Positions 12,637 to 27,371 are shown, counted from the stretch's first letter. The stretch: 64,000 nt of DNA from Octopus sinensis (GCF_006345805.1 NC_043002.1:38936001-39000000), one strand, 5' to 3'. Notes: generated by a model from the sequence alone, not told the origin. Numbers and translations are program-made.

Positions 12637-12717
<81 letters not shown>

Positions 12718-12851
12718 CATATATATATACATACATATATACATACATATGTACATACATACATACATGCAAGCATGTACGCACGCACACACACATACAT
12801 ACATGCATGCATACATACATACATACATACATACATACATACATACATACA

Positions 12852-12884
<33 letters not shown>

Positions 12885-12952
12885 TCGTTCATAGCCAACA
12901 GGCAGACAGAGGGACAGAGAAACAGAGAGGCTGGCAGATAGATAGATAGATC

Positions 12953-13010
<58 letters not shown>

Positions 13011-13034
13011 AGTAGATAGATAGATAGATAGATC

Positions 13035-13118
<84 letters not shown>

Positions 13119-14475
13119 CATACATATGTACATACATTCAAATATATATGCATACATGCATACAAGCATTCAAATATACATACATGCATACATGCAAACA
13201 TATATTCAAATATACATACATACATAAATACATACATATATACAAATATACATACATACACACTTTCGTTCATAGACAACAGGCAGACAGAGGGACGAAG
13301 AAACAGAGAGGTTGCCAGATAGATAGATATATACATACATGCATACATACATACATACATACATACATACATACATACATACATACATACATACATCATA
13401 CATACATACATACATACATACATACATACATACATCATACATACATACATACATACATACATACATACATCATACATACATACATACATACATACAAAAT
13501 ACACGCATACATGCATACATACATACATACATACATACATACATACATACATACATCATACATACAAACATAACATGCATACATACATACTACATAAATA
13601 CATACATACATACATACATACATACATACATACATCCATAAACATACATACATTACATACATATATACATACATACATACATACATACATACATCATACA
13701 TACATACATACATACATACATACATACAAAAATACACGCATACATGCATACATACATACATACATACATACATACATACATACATACATCATACATACAA
13801 ACATACATGCATACATACATACATACATACATACATACATACATACATACATACATACATACATGCATACATACATACATACATACATACATACATACAT
13901 ACATACATACATCATACATACAAACATACATGCATACATACATACATAACATCATACATACATACATACATACATACATCATACATAAAACATACATGCA
14001 TACATACATACAATAATACATACATACATACATACATCCATACATACAAACATACATGCATTCATTACATACATACATACATACATCATACATACCATAC
14101 ATACAACATACATACAAACATACATGCATACATACATACATACATACATACATACATACATACATACATACATACATACATACATACATCATACATACAA
14201 CATACATGCATACATACATACATACATACATACATACATACATACACATACATACATACATACATACAAACATACATGCATACATACATACATACATACA
14301 TACATACATACATACATACATACATACATACATCATACATACAAACATACATGCATACATACATACATACATACATACATACATACATACATACATCATA
14401 CATACAAACATACATGCATACATACATACATACATACATACATACATACATACATACATACATACATACATACAT
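12596..14475. repeat. Compound (GATA)n/(CATA)n array with an internal duplication and higher-order variants
   Basis: Directly visible; the spacer ttcgttcatag.caacaggcagacagagggac occurs at ~12883 and ~13266. Confidence 0.95.
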
Positions 14476-14645
14476 TTGTTTCATTATTCTCAGTCATAAA
14501 TAAACAATAAATTTTAAGAATATTCTTTTGACTTTTCTTTCACAGTTTTCTGATATATTGTAAATTCTAATTTTCATTAATTCCTATTATGATCTTTTTC
14601 ATCATCACTTCTCTTTATTTTTTTATATATATGTAAAAACTATAC

Positions 14646-15736
14646 GTGTGTGTATGTGTGCGTGTGTTTGTGTGTGTGTGTGCGTGTGTTTGTGTGTGTG
14701 TGTGTGTGGTGTGTGTGTGTGTATGTATTCATGTATGTATTCATGTATGTATGTATGTATGTATGTACGTATTCATGTATGTATTCATGTATTCATGTAT
14801 GTATGTATTCATGTATTCATGTATGTATGTATTCATGTATGTATGTATGTATGTATGTATGTATGTATGTATGTATTCATGTATGTATGTATGTATGTAT
14901 GTAGTATGTATGTATGTATGTATGTATGTATGTTGTATGTATGTACGTATTATGTATGTATGTATGTATGTATTTATGTAGTTGTATGATGTATGTATGT
15001 ATGTATGTATGTATGTATGTAGGTTGTATGTATATATGGTATTTATGTATGATGTATGTATGTATGTATGTATGTATGTATGTATGTTGTATTCATGTAT
15101 GTATGTATGTATGTATGTATTCATGTATGTATGTATGTATGTATGTATGTATATATGTATTCATGTATGTTGTATGTATGTATGTATGTCTCTGTATGTA
15201 TTCATGTATGTATGTATGTATGTATGTATGTATGTATGTATGTATGTATTCATGTATGTATGTATGTATGTATGTATGTATGTATGTATGTATGTATGTA
15301 TGTATGTATGTATGTATTCATGTATGTATGTATGTATGTATGTATTCATGTATGTATGTATGTATGTATGTATGTATGTATGTATTCATGTATGTATGTA
15401 TGTATGTATTCATGTATGTATGTATGTATGTATGTATATATGTATTCATGTATGTATGTATGTATGTATGTATTCATGTATGTATGTATGTATGTATGTA
15501 TGTATGTATGTATGTATGTATGTATGTATGCATGTATGTATTCATGTATGTATTTATGTATTCATGTATGTATGTATGTATGTATGTATGTATGTATGTA
15601 TTCATGTATGTATTTATGTATTCATGTATGTATGTATGTATGTATGTATGTATGTATGCATGTATGTATTCATGTATGTATGTATGTATTCATGTATGTA
15701 TGTATGTATGTATGTATGTATGTATGTATGTATGTA
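14646..15736. repeat. (TG)n then (TATG)n array, opposite in orientation to the preceding (CATA)n
   Basis: Directly visible. Confidence 0.95.
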
Positions 15737-15886
15737 TATATATATGCATAGCCATATGTATTTGTGTGTTTGTGAGTGTTTGAAAATCCAATATTTATTT
15801 TTTATTTGTTTTGGGGTTTTTTCCCCTCAGACTTAAATATTGACCAAACCACAACAAACGATCTTAGGCAGATTTTTTATTTCTGT

Positions 15887-15930
<44 letters not shown>

Positions 15931-16382
15931 TCGTTCTTTCTTTCTTTCTTTCTTTCGTTCTTTCTTTCTTTCTTTCTTTCATTCTTTCTTTCTTTATTCA
16001 TTACTGTGTCATTTGATTTCCCCCGAATGTGTGTGTGTGTCTATGGATGTACGTAATGCATGCATATACGTATGTATCTATATATGTATGTATACATATA
16101 TATATATATATGTGTGTGTGTGTACGTAAGTATGTGTGTGTGTATGTGTGTATGCATGTATATATGCGTATGCGTATGTGTGTGCATACATATTTTACAA
16201 TAATAGAATTCACAGACACGTTCACATGTTACACATACACATTGTCTAACACACACACGCGCGCGCGAGTAAGTACGTAGATACAAAACAAGGTAGGCGA
16301 AAAATATTACTGAAATACTCAAGGTAGACTAATATGCTGTTATTAAAGCTCAAAAAATCACAAACTATATATATATATATAT

Positions 16383-16887
16383 ACCAGCAGTATCACCCGG
16401 TGTTGCTTGGGTTTGTTTCGGCCCTTTAGAATTGGAATTTTTGAAAAGTAAAAATTTTGCATTATGCAACTTGTTATTCTGTTCAAGTGAACATTTTTCC
16501 AGTTGAAATACACCGAAAATGGTGACACAGCAGTCAAAAATCGTAAAAAATAAGCATTTTCATAGAAAAAAGCTCTTTTTTGTTGTAACTAATTTTTGGT
16601 GTTAACATGGTCCGGTTTGAAGTTTATCTTCTACAGAATGAAGAGCAAGCCTTCTCCTGTCATACTCTCAAAATTTTGGTCAACTTGCGCTGCAGGGTCT
16701 CGAAGGAGATAATGTTAGTTGAAGGCTACCAAACCTGCCACACACGGACAACTTCAGCTTTATATAGATTTGCTACACACTACTTTCCATCCTTAATAAT
16801 GAAACTTGGTAGATCCAAAAGTTAAACACATAGACACACACACAGATACACACACAGACACACAAGTTGAGTTTTATATAGAGAGAT
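16383..16887 (+). mobile_element. Probable non-autonomous Helitron/Helentron-like element; tail repeated at 17424-17488
   Basis: 5' accagcagtatcacccggtgttgcttggg, subterminal (ACAG/AC)n, 3' gagttttatata(g/t)a(g/t)agat; no coding remnant. Confidence 0.5.
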
Positions 16888-17910
16888 TTCTCAAAGAGGA
16901 TTTCAGGGGAGAGTTTCAGGGAGTCGCTGGCGATGTATCGTGATGATCAAAAATCCGGCCTGCTAAAATTTGGTTAAAGTGATTCAAACTGCAGACTCAA
17001 CGCAAAATGGTCACATTTAATTCAAAGCGTTAAAAATGTTATGAAAACAATTGGTATGTGTTCACAAAGTCCAAACGATTAATACGAAAAAAACCCTCCA
17101 GGCTACATCCCGAAAATTCATTTCTTTGCCGAATTTCTACAATGTTTACGGCGATTCGTTTTTATATCTTGGTTTTTTTATTTTTCATGCAATATACGCA
17201 TGCTGGCACGCGTAGTGCGCACAGTTCACGTCAAACAGCTGACTGAGTAAAGTTCACTATTCAATGCATGGGATAAGGCCTAAACAAACACATTATCGAT
17301 TTTTGCACTTGCGAGATGAATTTCTGAACAGAAATAGCGCAGTTCAATTTTCATTCGCCTAAACTTTAAGTGACCCATTTTTGGTGGTTCTACGACTTGT
17401 TGGCTAGGAGGAGATGTGCCGGGAAGTTAAACACACAGACACACACACAGATACACAGACACACAAGTTGAGTTTTATATATATAGATATGGACATTCAT
17501 ATATGATGTGGGAATGTAGACATTTATTCGAGGCCTTGTTATTTAGTCCCTTGCCCATATTTATATATAATCCCACATCTTGATTTATGCCCGGTCGTCC
17601 GGTTACCAAACCAGCAACCCCGTTCAAATCCACTCCTTGAAAGAGTTGAGAGAAATAAAAATACATATATACATACTGGCTAACAGACAGGCATTATATA
17701 CTCACACATACACGTATTCATACAAACACATATTCATAAATATACGTGTGTATCCGTATGTATGCGTATTATAAATGTAGAGTTGGTAAAGAGTTGACAA
17801 AAAAATACATTCAATGCATTAGATATGTAGAGTCAATATCTCTTTCATTGGTGACAACGGTACATATCGTTTAACATATTTCTGCATTTCCTCTAAAGCG
17901 AAGAAATTTT

Positions 17911-18406
17911 TTTCTACTCTAGGTACAAAGCCCGAAATTTTGGGGAGGGGGACAGTCGATTAAATCGATTCCAGTACGCAACGGGAACTTAATTTAGCGA
18001 CCCCCGAAAGGATGAAAGGCAAAGTCGACCTCGGCAGAATTTGGACTTAGGAAGTAAAGACAGACGAAATACCTATTTCTTTACTACCCACAAGGGGCTA
18101 AACACAGAGAAGGCAAACAAGGACAGACAAATGGATTAAGTCGATTATATCGACCCCAGTGCGTAACTGGTACTTATTTAATCGACCCCGAAAGGATGTA
18201 CGGCAAAGTCGACCTCGGCAGAATTTTAACTCAGAACGTAGCGGCAGACGAAATATTGCTAAGCATTTCGCCCGGCGTGCTAACGTTTCTGCCAGTTCAC
18301 CGCTTTCAAAAGAGAAGATATTCTTTTCTACTCCAGGCACAATCCCTGAAATTTGGGGGGAGGGGCCAACCGATTAGATCGACACAGTTGCTGCCAGCTC
18401 GCCGCC
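17911..18406 (-). mobile_element. Cluster of three tRNA-derived SINEs, family A (one near full-length at 18071-18304)
   Basis: Reverse complement of the ggcggcgagctggcagaaacgttagcacg...ggggtcgat...aagtaccag consensus (cf. 39875). Confidence 0.88.
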
Positions 18407-19855
18407 TTTTAAAAGAGAAGATATTGAAACAACACTGACGCTGTTAGAAGAAATATATATGTGTACGTTGGTTGAAATTAAATTTACATGCAAATGTTTA
18501 ATAAGCCTAGTATGCAAATACAACCCGTCCTTTAAAATCCTTAACAGAACAGGCCATAATAAAACACGGCTAGTTTTCCTTGGTCTTCGATCTGGAGATA
18601 CTGAAAACGTGTCTCCATTTCTGACAGTTAAATCTCAACCATGAAAAGTAAACTTAAGTTTCCTTATATTATTACCAAATCTCTGACGTTTAATTACGAA
18701 GTAGGTACCCATCTACAAGAAATGGCGTCCAAATTATATTCATTTGATTTGTAAAGGAAACAGGAATCCTTGTACAGTGCAATCCTGGATAGACAATGTC
18801 AAGTAGAAAACGTGGCATTTTGGTTCAATACGAGCTTGTTAGAATCACAAACAAACAACAGACTTTTTTTTTCTAGTGCGACAATGAAATATAGAGATTT
18901 GTGTTGTTTCCTCGCTGGGATAGATACACGGGAGGTATAGAATAGGCGGAATCAGTGATGAATGACCGATCTCCTGCTGGCAGGGTTGCATTCCTCGTTG
19001 CTGTGACGCGTAATCGAAATCATGGTCTTCATTTATCATCGATTGACAAACACAGTGTCTGGAAGATCAGAAGACATTCTGACATCAACGTCTTCAATCA
19101 TACATGCGTTAATCAATGCGTTTAATCACATCGCAACACCAACAATATCAACGAAAGTGATCATTACTATAATGACATACAATGCAACATTGAGTAATGA
19201 TTACAACACTGCATTGTTTCAGTGACTCTAGTGTCAATCAATAGGAATTGCATCCAATTACGTATTTTCTGTTTTTTACCAAATTCAAATTGACAGCATA
19301 CATATACCTTCTCACACACGCTCGTGTGCACATGCGTGTATGCTTTATGCTTGTCTGTACATTTATATATTAAACGCGTATATATATATATATATATATA
19401 TTCCTGTAGTGTTTGCTTAAAGCGACTTAGCCTGCTGTAACTAAGATCAAACCAATTAATTATACTACCCATCATGACAACTGTATACTCAAATATCAAA
19501 ATAAGTCTAACATCACCACACACACGCCTCCTTCTCCTTTAAGAATACCATTCCTTCCTCGCTTTTTATCACCTTCTACTCCTCCCCTCTAAATATACAC
19601 AGAACTTCCCACATATCACAACCAACATTTTCATTGGTCAAAATTGATAAACAACCTTCAGTTATACAGTCACAGATTCCAACATTAACGCCATCCAGGG
19701 GAAATGAAAACATGAATAGGAGCCACCCTACTTTTATAGGTACTACGAACTGTACTGTATTCCTCCAAGAAATACGGACTATGATCGTAAGAGATATATG
19801 ATTTGTGGAAACGCACGTAGCGATACTTTAAAATATTTATAAATTCCATTCATGG

Positions 19856-19921
<66 letters not shown>

Positions 19922-19951
19922 ATTATTATTATTATTATTATTATTATTATT

Positions 19952-20493
19952 GAGTGAGAGAGCAGTTCATGCCATCAAAGTGACACTGGGGTAAAATATA
20001 CGAAGCCCAATATACCCATCATGACTACCCGTCTGATAAAGGTACACCAGGCACATGCATCACAACCATATGTGCGCGACATGGTGATCTCATATCAAGA
20101 TAAACAGCACATGACATTGCAGGTGGGGCCCAGTTAGAATTTTCTTCAGGTTGAGTAGCCCATCCCGCTCAAACGGTCCCTGAATAAGGGTGTTTAAGGA
20201 TGTTGAAAGAACCACCCATGTTTCCAGAGGTGAACTATTCAAACCCAAAAGAATCCCTCTCAACACATGGCTATGATGCTCCCCCACTACTTCTGCTCGT
20301 GATCAGAGATGCACATATCGTCAGCCACTAAGGGACATGCTCAACTGGTTACGGTCAAACAACTGACAAGCAAATCTGTGGTATTGAGCAGAATATTTGC
20401 TGTAGCCCATCTTTTATACCAAGACAAAACAATGTACATGATAACACTTCCAATCAGTTAAGATCAGAAGCCATGGGAGCCACTGCCTGGTAC

Positions 20494-20494
<1 letters not shown>
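19952..20494 (-). mobile_element. ~540-bp non-coding element embedded in (TAA)n
   Basis: Sharp boundaries against (ATT)n at 19856-19951 and 20495-20525; no ORF; strand assigned from the assumed (AAT)n tail. Confidence 0.6.
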
Positions 20495-20525
<31 letters not shown>

Positions 20526-21174
20526 TTCATATACGCACAACAGATTAGATTGCTGGAAAAGAAAAAATCCTAACATCAGGCTACAAGTAACCTTAGATGC
20601 CAAGAACCCTCTTATGAATCATAGCTGTCCCTAATATCGCTGTTTTCTGCAACTGTACTAAACTGGGTTTTGTGCCTATTTCCTCTATCCATCTGTTCAG
20701 ATTTTTAGGGCTTGTTCCCAATGCACATATAACTACTGGGACACATTTTACTCGCACTTTCCATAGTCTCTGTAATTTAATTGTTAGGTCCTGGTACTTT
20801 GCTATTTTCTCTATACCTCTCATTATTGATTTCTTCACCATTTCCATAGTCTCTGTAATTCAATGGCTAGGTCCTGGTTTGAGTTTTGGCTTCCCTATGT
20901 ATTCCTGTGACTCTAGCAGCTTTTAGTAAGCTTTCTTCAATATTACCTACATAAGAGTCTATATCTACTCTAGCTAACGCCACGCTGTCTTCCACTGAAA
21001 TTAACCCTCTTCCGCCTTCCTTTCTAGGTAAATATAAATCTTGCTACTCCTGCCTTTGGATTGAGTTCTCCATTCATATTGTTTTCCTTCCTCGTTCTTC
21101 TGAGTAGCTTTGTTACTCAGTTTTACAAAAGCTACTGAGAGTCTAATTAGTGATACTGCTCAAGTATTTGCGGC
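20526..21174 (-). mobile_element. Internally deleted R4/Dong-like (RLE) non-LTR retrotransposon
   Basis: YLPRKEGGRGLISVEDSV joined to EKIAKYQDL...LWKVRVKCVPVVICALG...LQKTAILGT; 3' end at (TAA)n. Confidence 0.85.
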
Positions 21175-21190
21175 CATCATCATCATCATC

Positions 21191-21222
<32 letters not shown>

Positions 21223-21267
21223 CATTATCATCATCATGTTTATTATTATTAGTATTATTATTACTAT

Positions 21268-21327
<60 letters not shown>

Positions 21328-21396
21328 GTAGGTAGGTAGGTAGGTAGGTAGGTAGGTAGGTAGGTAGGTAGGTAGGTAGGTAGGTAAGTAAATAGA

Positions 21397-21434
<38 letters not shown>

Positions 21435-21822
21435 TACAGACAGACAGTCAGACAGACAGGCAAGCAAGCAGGCAGATAAGCAGGCAGGTAGGTAGGTAGG
21501 TAGGTAGGTAGGTAGGTAGGTAGGTAGGTAGGTAGGTAGGTAGGCAAGTAGGTAGGTAGGTAGAAAGATAGATAGATAGATACGCACAAACATACACATA
21601 TAAACACGCACACGCACACATATGTGTGTGTGTGTGTATATATATATACAAAGCACCCGACGAAAGTTATATATATATATGTATGTATCTATATTTACAC
21701 ATACATACATACATACAAACATACATACATACATACATGCATACATACAAGCATACATACATACATACATACATACATACATACATACATACATACATAC
21801 ATACATACATACATACACATAC
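21175..21822. repeat. Compound (CAT)n/(TAT)n/(GATA)n/(GGTA)n/(CATA)n microsatellites
   Basis: Directly visible. Confidence 0.93.
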
Positions 21823-23317
21823 AGAAGTTGTAATTTCGTATCGTTTATCTGAGGGCTGGTTTGTGTTATGGCTCACAGCCTGAAATCTAATTCTCAGATT
21901 TCTCAATAAACAGTCAATAAACATTAATATAAATTCATACCAGAAATTATCCGAATCATCAATTTATCTGGCCGCAACTCGTCCGTTTTTATTTGACTCG
22001 CGGGATTTTCCTTACAGCAGCGTGTAATGAATAACGTAGGTCGGTTTCATTCTTCACTCTACCTACTCAGATTTTCCTTCAATGAGTTCCTTCCAACTGT
22101 AAAAATCACTGCTGGTCACACGTGTGTGTGTGTGTGGTGTGTGTGTGTGTCGCACGCGCACAAGAGGGAGAGAAAATGAGAGACAGCCAGACGAACAGAC
22201 AGATAGGCAGACAGACACACATAGACACACAGGGACACAGACAGACAGACAGACAGGCAGATAGGCAGGACAAGCAGACAGGCAGGCAGACAGACAGGCA
22301 GACAGGCAGGACAAGCAGACAGGCAGGCAGGCAGGTAGACAGACAGGCAGACAGGTAGGACAAGCAGAGAGGCAGGCATCAAATTGTCTATCAAACTGAT
22401 AGACAGACAGGAAGACAGACAGAATTCGTGTGTCTTGTTTGTTTCACGTGTATTTAGGTATTACCAGAAGAACAAGCATAACTTCACCAATGGTTCTTCT
22501 GCGATCGTTGTAGTGGAACTAGCGTATATCTAAAACCCAAAGAGCTATATTGGCAGGAGTTTTGTTTCTGACAGGTTTTGGTCTAAATCGGATAAATCTA
22601 AATCGAGAGATTTGACTAGAGGAGAATCACCGCCAGAGCCTTGCAAAGTAATATAACAGATGTTAAAGTCTTGACGAAGGAATCACTTTAACAATGCGCA
22701 ACGGTGAAATTCACAAGGTGTGGAAGACGGAACTGCATTGGTGACGTAGATTAGCGCCATCTAGTCTCGAAAAGAAAAACGTTATTAATACTTATAGAAC
22801 TGGTGATTATAAATGTCATTCAACCACCGAAATATTCGGTTTTGATAATTATTAGTTAGTGAATTGTTAACAAGTATTCACGAACAAATTGATACAGAGT
22901 CTGATTGGCTTTCCGTAATAAGGAAAAAAACTTTTAATACATGCGTATGTTTGCATATGTTCTTTATAACATACATAAGTGTTTGTGTACGTTTGTCCCA
23001 TCTGTAAATTTACATCGGCATTTTGAGAATGTTTTATGAACCAAAAACTATATTACAGATTGGTTGTATTAAAAATGCTAATCAATTGCTTCTTACTCTT
23101 TTGTTTGTCTGCTCTGTGGTCTTTATTTTTTAATTATAATCTTATTTTGAGAACGCCTAAAGTTGTAGCCATCTATATTGTATGCATGTAAAAATAGATG
23201 CATCTGTGAATTTGTACATTGGTTAAAATTTATATTCTTAAATTCTTATAAAGAGTAATTTATCTCTCGCTGTATTACCAAAATTATAACCTATTTCGTC
23301 TGATAGACGATTTCAAT

Positions 23318-24045
23318 GCTATACATACATACATACATACATACATACATACATACATTCATACGTAAATGCATACATACATACATTCATACATACAACA
23401 TACATTCATACATAACATACATACATACATTCATTCAAACATACATACATACATACATACATACATACATGCATACATACATACATACATGCATACATAC
23501 ATTCATACATACATACATACATAAATGCATACATACATTCATACATACATACATACATACATACATACATACATACATTCATACATACATACATACATAC
23601 ATACATACAGTCATACATACATACATACATTAATACATACATGCATACATACATACATACATACATACATACATACATACATACATTCATACATATATAC
23701 ATACATACATACATACATACATACATACATACATACATACGTACGTACGTACATACATACATACATACATACATACATTCATACATACATACATATATAC
23801 ATACATACATTCATACATACATACATTCATACATACATTCATACATACATACATACATACATACATACATACATACATAAATGCATACATACATACATTC
23901 ATACATGCATACATACATACATTCATAATACATACATACATACATACATACATACATACATACATACATACATACATACATACATACATACATACATACA
24001 TACATACATACATACAAACAAACATACATACATACATACGTACAT
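23318..24045. repeat. (CATA)n array
   Basis: Directly visible. Confidence 0.95.
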
Positions 24046-25281
24046 ACAAAAACAAATAGCTGAGATTTACTTTACAGCTGCAATGTTTCGCCATATCATC
24101 AATAGCTGATTAAATAGAACCAGTTTTCGAAAAGCAAATTACTAAATACTAGTTTAAAGAAATAATTTAAAAAAAAAAAATCGAAATAATTATTCTATTT
24201 GGAAACCATTATTTCTGTTTGCATCCAGATTGATGAGAAAATATCGAATTTACGCGATAATTCTCCGATGAACCTATCTACGTTTAAAAAGCAAACCGTT
24301 TCTTTTTTTTTATATATTCTATTTCTTTCTTTACTTATTTATTTACTTACTATTCGTAAATTTTGTCAATTTTCATTCTCTGCTGCTTTAAATGTCTTTC
24401 TCACGTCTGTTTTTTTGCAATTCAACAACCGTCAGCAATGGTTTCAAGAACGTAATCTTATTGCTTTCTTCCAAATAAATAATGTATTTTTGTCCCTTAA
24501 ACACCATCTTTTTTTCTTTACATTTTCTACGTTCTTCTCGTTGTTGCTACGGCTGTTGCTATTGGTGTTTTTGCTACTGTTGCTGTTATTACTATTGCCG
24601 TTTGTATTATTCATGCTACTGATGTTGCTACTGCTGCTGTTGTTGCTACCGATCTTATTGCTGCCGTTGATACTGCATCTATTTTTGTTCTTGTTAATAA
24701 TGTTAGTCTTATTGTTATTTGCCTCCTACTCGATGTTCCGATGAGCTTCAATCAATTCAACTTTCAGATCAATAGTTATTGACTGCCATTTTATATTGAC
24801 CATCGCTCTCAGTAAAAATAATGAAATTTAACGATGTCTAATTATAAAAACAAATTGGGCTGTACACAGGCATGGTTTCTCTCCTCTCTATTCTCTTTCT
24901 TTCTCCAACACACTCTCCTACACTTTCTTCTTCAGTTCCCCTTACTCTCCTTTTCCGTCTTCATGTGTGTTTACGCATGTATATATGTGTGTGTAAGTAT
25001 ATGTATATGAATGTATGTATGTTTGTATATGTATGTATGTACCACTTTCCTCATGTTCTCTGTCAATATATTTATAGCTTTGTCAGTTTAATTTTCTGTC
25101 ACTTTCTGCATCCTACACGCTAATTGTTTGCTCGTTTTCCTTCTTTGCCCATCCTTCTTTTTCTCTCTCTTTCTCTCTTACATTCTCGTAATTAATTAAG
25201 TATGCTTGGTATGTACATGTGTCTGTGTGAATGTGTGAGTGTGTGAGTATGTGTGTTTGTGTGTGTGTGTGTGTGTGTGTA

Positions 25282-25314
<33 letters not shown>

Positions 25315-25959
25315 GTAACAGCTACATCACGGAAGAACCACAATCTACCCGTTCAATATCACAAATGTTAAATTCCCTTTAAGTTTGAAAATGAAAATGT
25401 TGCCACCTCACGAAATAAATTTAAATATTAAGTGACTTTAACAGGTTTGAGTTTTATTAAATGACAGAATGGTTCTACTTGGATGTAATTGCTTCAGTTT
25501 CAAAACACACAAAAAAAACATCCAACAGTAACAACAGGTCGGATCATTTGATAGAAAAATTTAACTCCGGAATGTGTATATGTGGGACAGGTTATGTGTG
25601 TGCGCAAAACGAGGATTCAAAGATGTCCTGCTGATCACTTGTTTTTGTCTGTTCACAAAGACACTGTATAAAGCCAAGTGGTTGTCACTTTTTTCCTATT
25701 TATTTAAATAGAGTATTTATTTTTTAAAAAGTCTATAGATATATATTCAACACCTATGATATTGTAGCCCAGTAGTTTGATCAGGGTTCATTTTTTTATA
25801 TAGTTATCGTAATGCAGCGCAGCCAACTTTTATTTTTGCTGTATTAGGAAGCTATCTTCCGGTCCCGAGATCAGTTCAACTGCGTTGCATCTTAGGCAAG
25901 TGGTATCTTCTGTCATAGCTTCGGGCCGACCGAAACCTGATGGGTGGATCTGGTAGACT

Positions 25960-26110
25960 CCTTCCCCTCCCTGGTGAATTGCACAATCACTCTATTAACT
26001 GCAGGAAGTGGGATCCCAATGTTTTCTGCGATTTTACGTTGGCTAAGTCCGTCTTCAGATTGACCCACAATATGGTCTCTTTGAAATCCGGACAGTTCCA
26101 AGGCTTCTTT
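25960..26110 (-). mobile_element. Tc1-like transposase N-terminal HTH fragment
   Basis: [45 protein letters not shown] resembles a Tc1/Tc3 paired-like HTH. Confidence 0.7.
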
Positions 26111-26903
26111 TGTACGTGGTATGATTAAACAGTCACATATAGAACCGGAAACATAAAAATATCAATTAATAAAAACCTATATAAACCTTTCAAGTTAAAA
26201 TAAACATAAAACGATGTTTTATGGGGTGTCTATTTACTTCTTGTATGTCAGCTGGTGTTGGTTTATTTACGTTCCCATAACGTAGCTGTTCGGCAAAAGA
26301 CAGTATCCCAAAATGCTAGTGACCTCTCTACTATCACGGGCTCGATCATTTCACCGCTTCATATTTGCGGGTTGAAGAAGTAGTTTCCTTCTTGCTGTTC
26401 TGCCATAGTAGCCAAATTTGTGAAGATACCTGACAGTTGTTCTGGTATTGACATCAGCATGTTTTGCAATAACTACAATAACAACAAAAATAAGTCCTGG
26501 GGTCGATTTGTTCGACTAAAACCCTTCAAAGCAGTGACCCAGCATGGCCGTAGTCAAATGACCGAAACAAGTAAAAGGTAAAACATAAAAGATATTAACT
26601 TGTTGGTTATTTGCGACCTTCTCACTCTCTTCCTCTACATTTCTCTCTTGTTTTCTATATCCCTCCTGTTCTGCTTGCTTCCGTTACTGCTATTATCTAT
26701 AAGATTTTGGTTTCGGCCCCTGGGCCGGGCGACGCGTTGTGTTCTTGAGCAAAAGACTTCATTTCACGTTTATTCCTGTCCACTCAGCTGGCAAAAATGA
26801 GTAACCCTGCGACGGACCAGCGACCCATCCAGGTGGGGAATGAAACCTTATGAGTCGGTATGACTTGAGAAGGTAACTTCTCGCCAAGATTAAACATATA
26901 GAT

Positions 26904-27180
26904 ACGAGGCTATCCAGCATGTGCCCCGTGCTTATGCATTATAATTTTTCAAATCCACTGCGCAAGCGCAGTTTTTTGTTGATGAAAGCTTCGACTGGCA
27001 AATTATTTTATTTGCTAATATAGAGCTAGAAACCATGGTCCAGGAGATAGATGGTAGATGTTTTTATTTTTCATTCCCTTTGATAGTTATCCCTAATGGT
27101 GGTTTGGATTTTGGCTATTACTTCTAGCGTGCTAGGTTTCCTATGGTTGTTACCTCTTATATGTTTAAATGTACACTGTA
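26904..27180. repeat. Second copy of the 3173-3444 bipartite repeat with one block inverted
   Basis: One block has the same orientation as at 3394; the other is the reverse complement of 3173-3380. Confidence 0.8.
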
Positions 27181-27181
27181 T

Positions 27182-27216
<35 letters not shown>

Positions 27217-27339
27217 TATATATAATAATATATATATATATCAACCATGCATGTATAAATGTAAACATTAGACATTTGATTTTTATAAGAAGCGTCGAAA
27301 TGTGTATTGTACGATACAAATTGGAAGATGATATTTTAT

Positions 27340-27370
<31 letters not shown>

Positions 27371-27371
27371 C

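Noticed and set aside
18845-19080. Non-repetitive segment with a 64-aa minus-strand ORF
   Set aside because: No recognisable protein motif or consistent splice pair.
20290-20340. Minus-strand CTGACGA core match
   Set aside because: No GAAA or paired stems at a suitable distance.
22545-22650. Minus-strand frame GSGGDSPLVKSLDLDLSDLDQNLSETKLLPI* as a terminal exon
   Set aside because: Short, with only a weak AAG acceptor and no motif support.
24075-24108. Minus-strand cagcta-TTGATGA-tatggc-GAAA-cattg-cagctg
   Set aside because: No workable stem II or UH site.
24199-24744. 181-aa Leu-rich membrane-like ORF
   Set aside because: It arises from degenerate CTG/TTG/CTA low-complexity sequence and has no domain motif.
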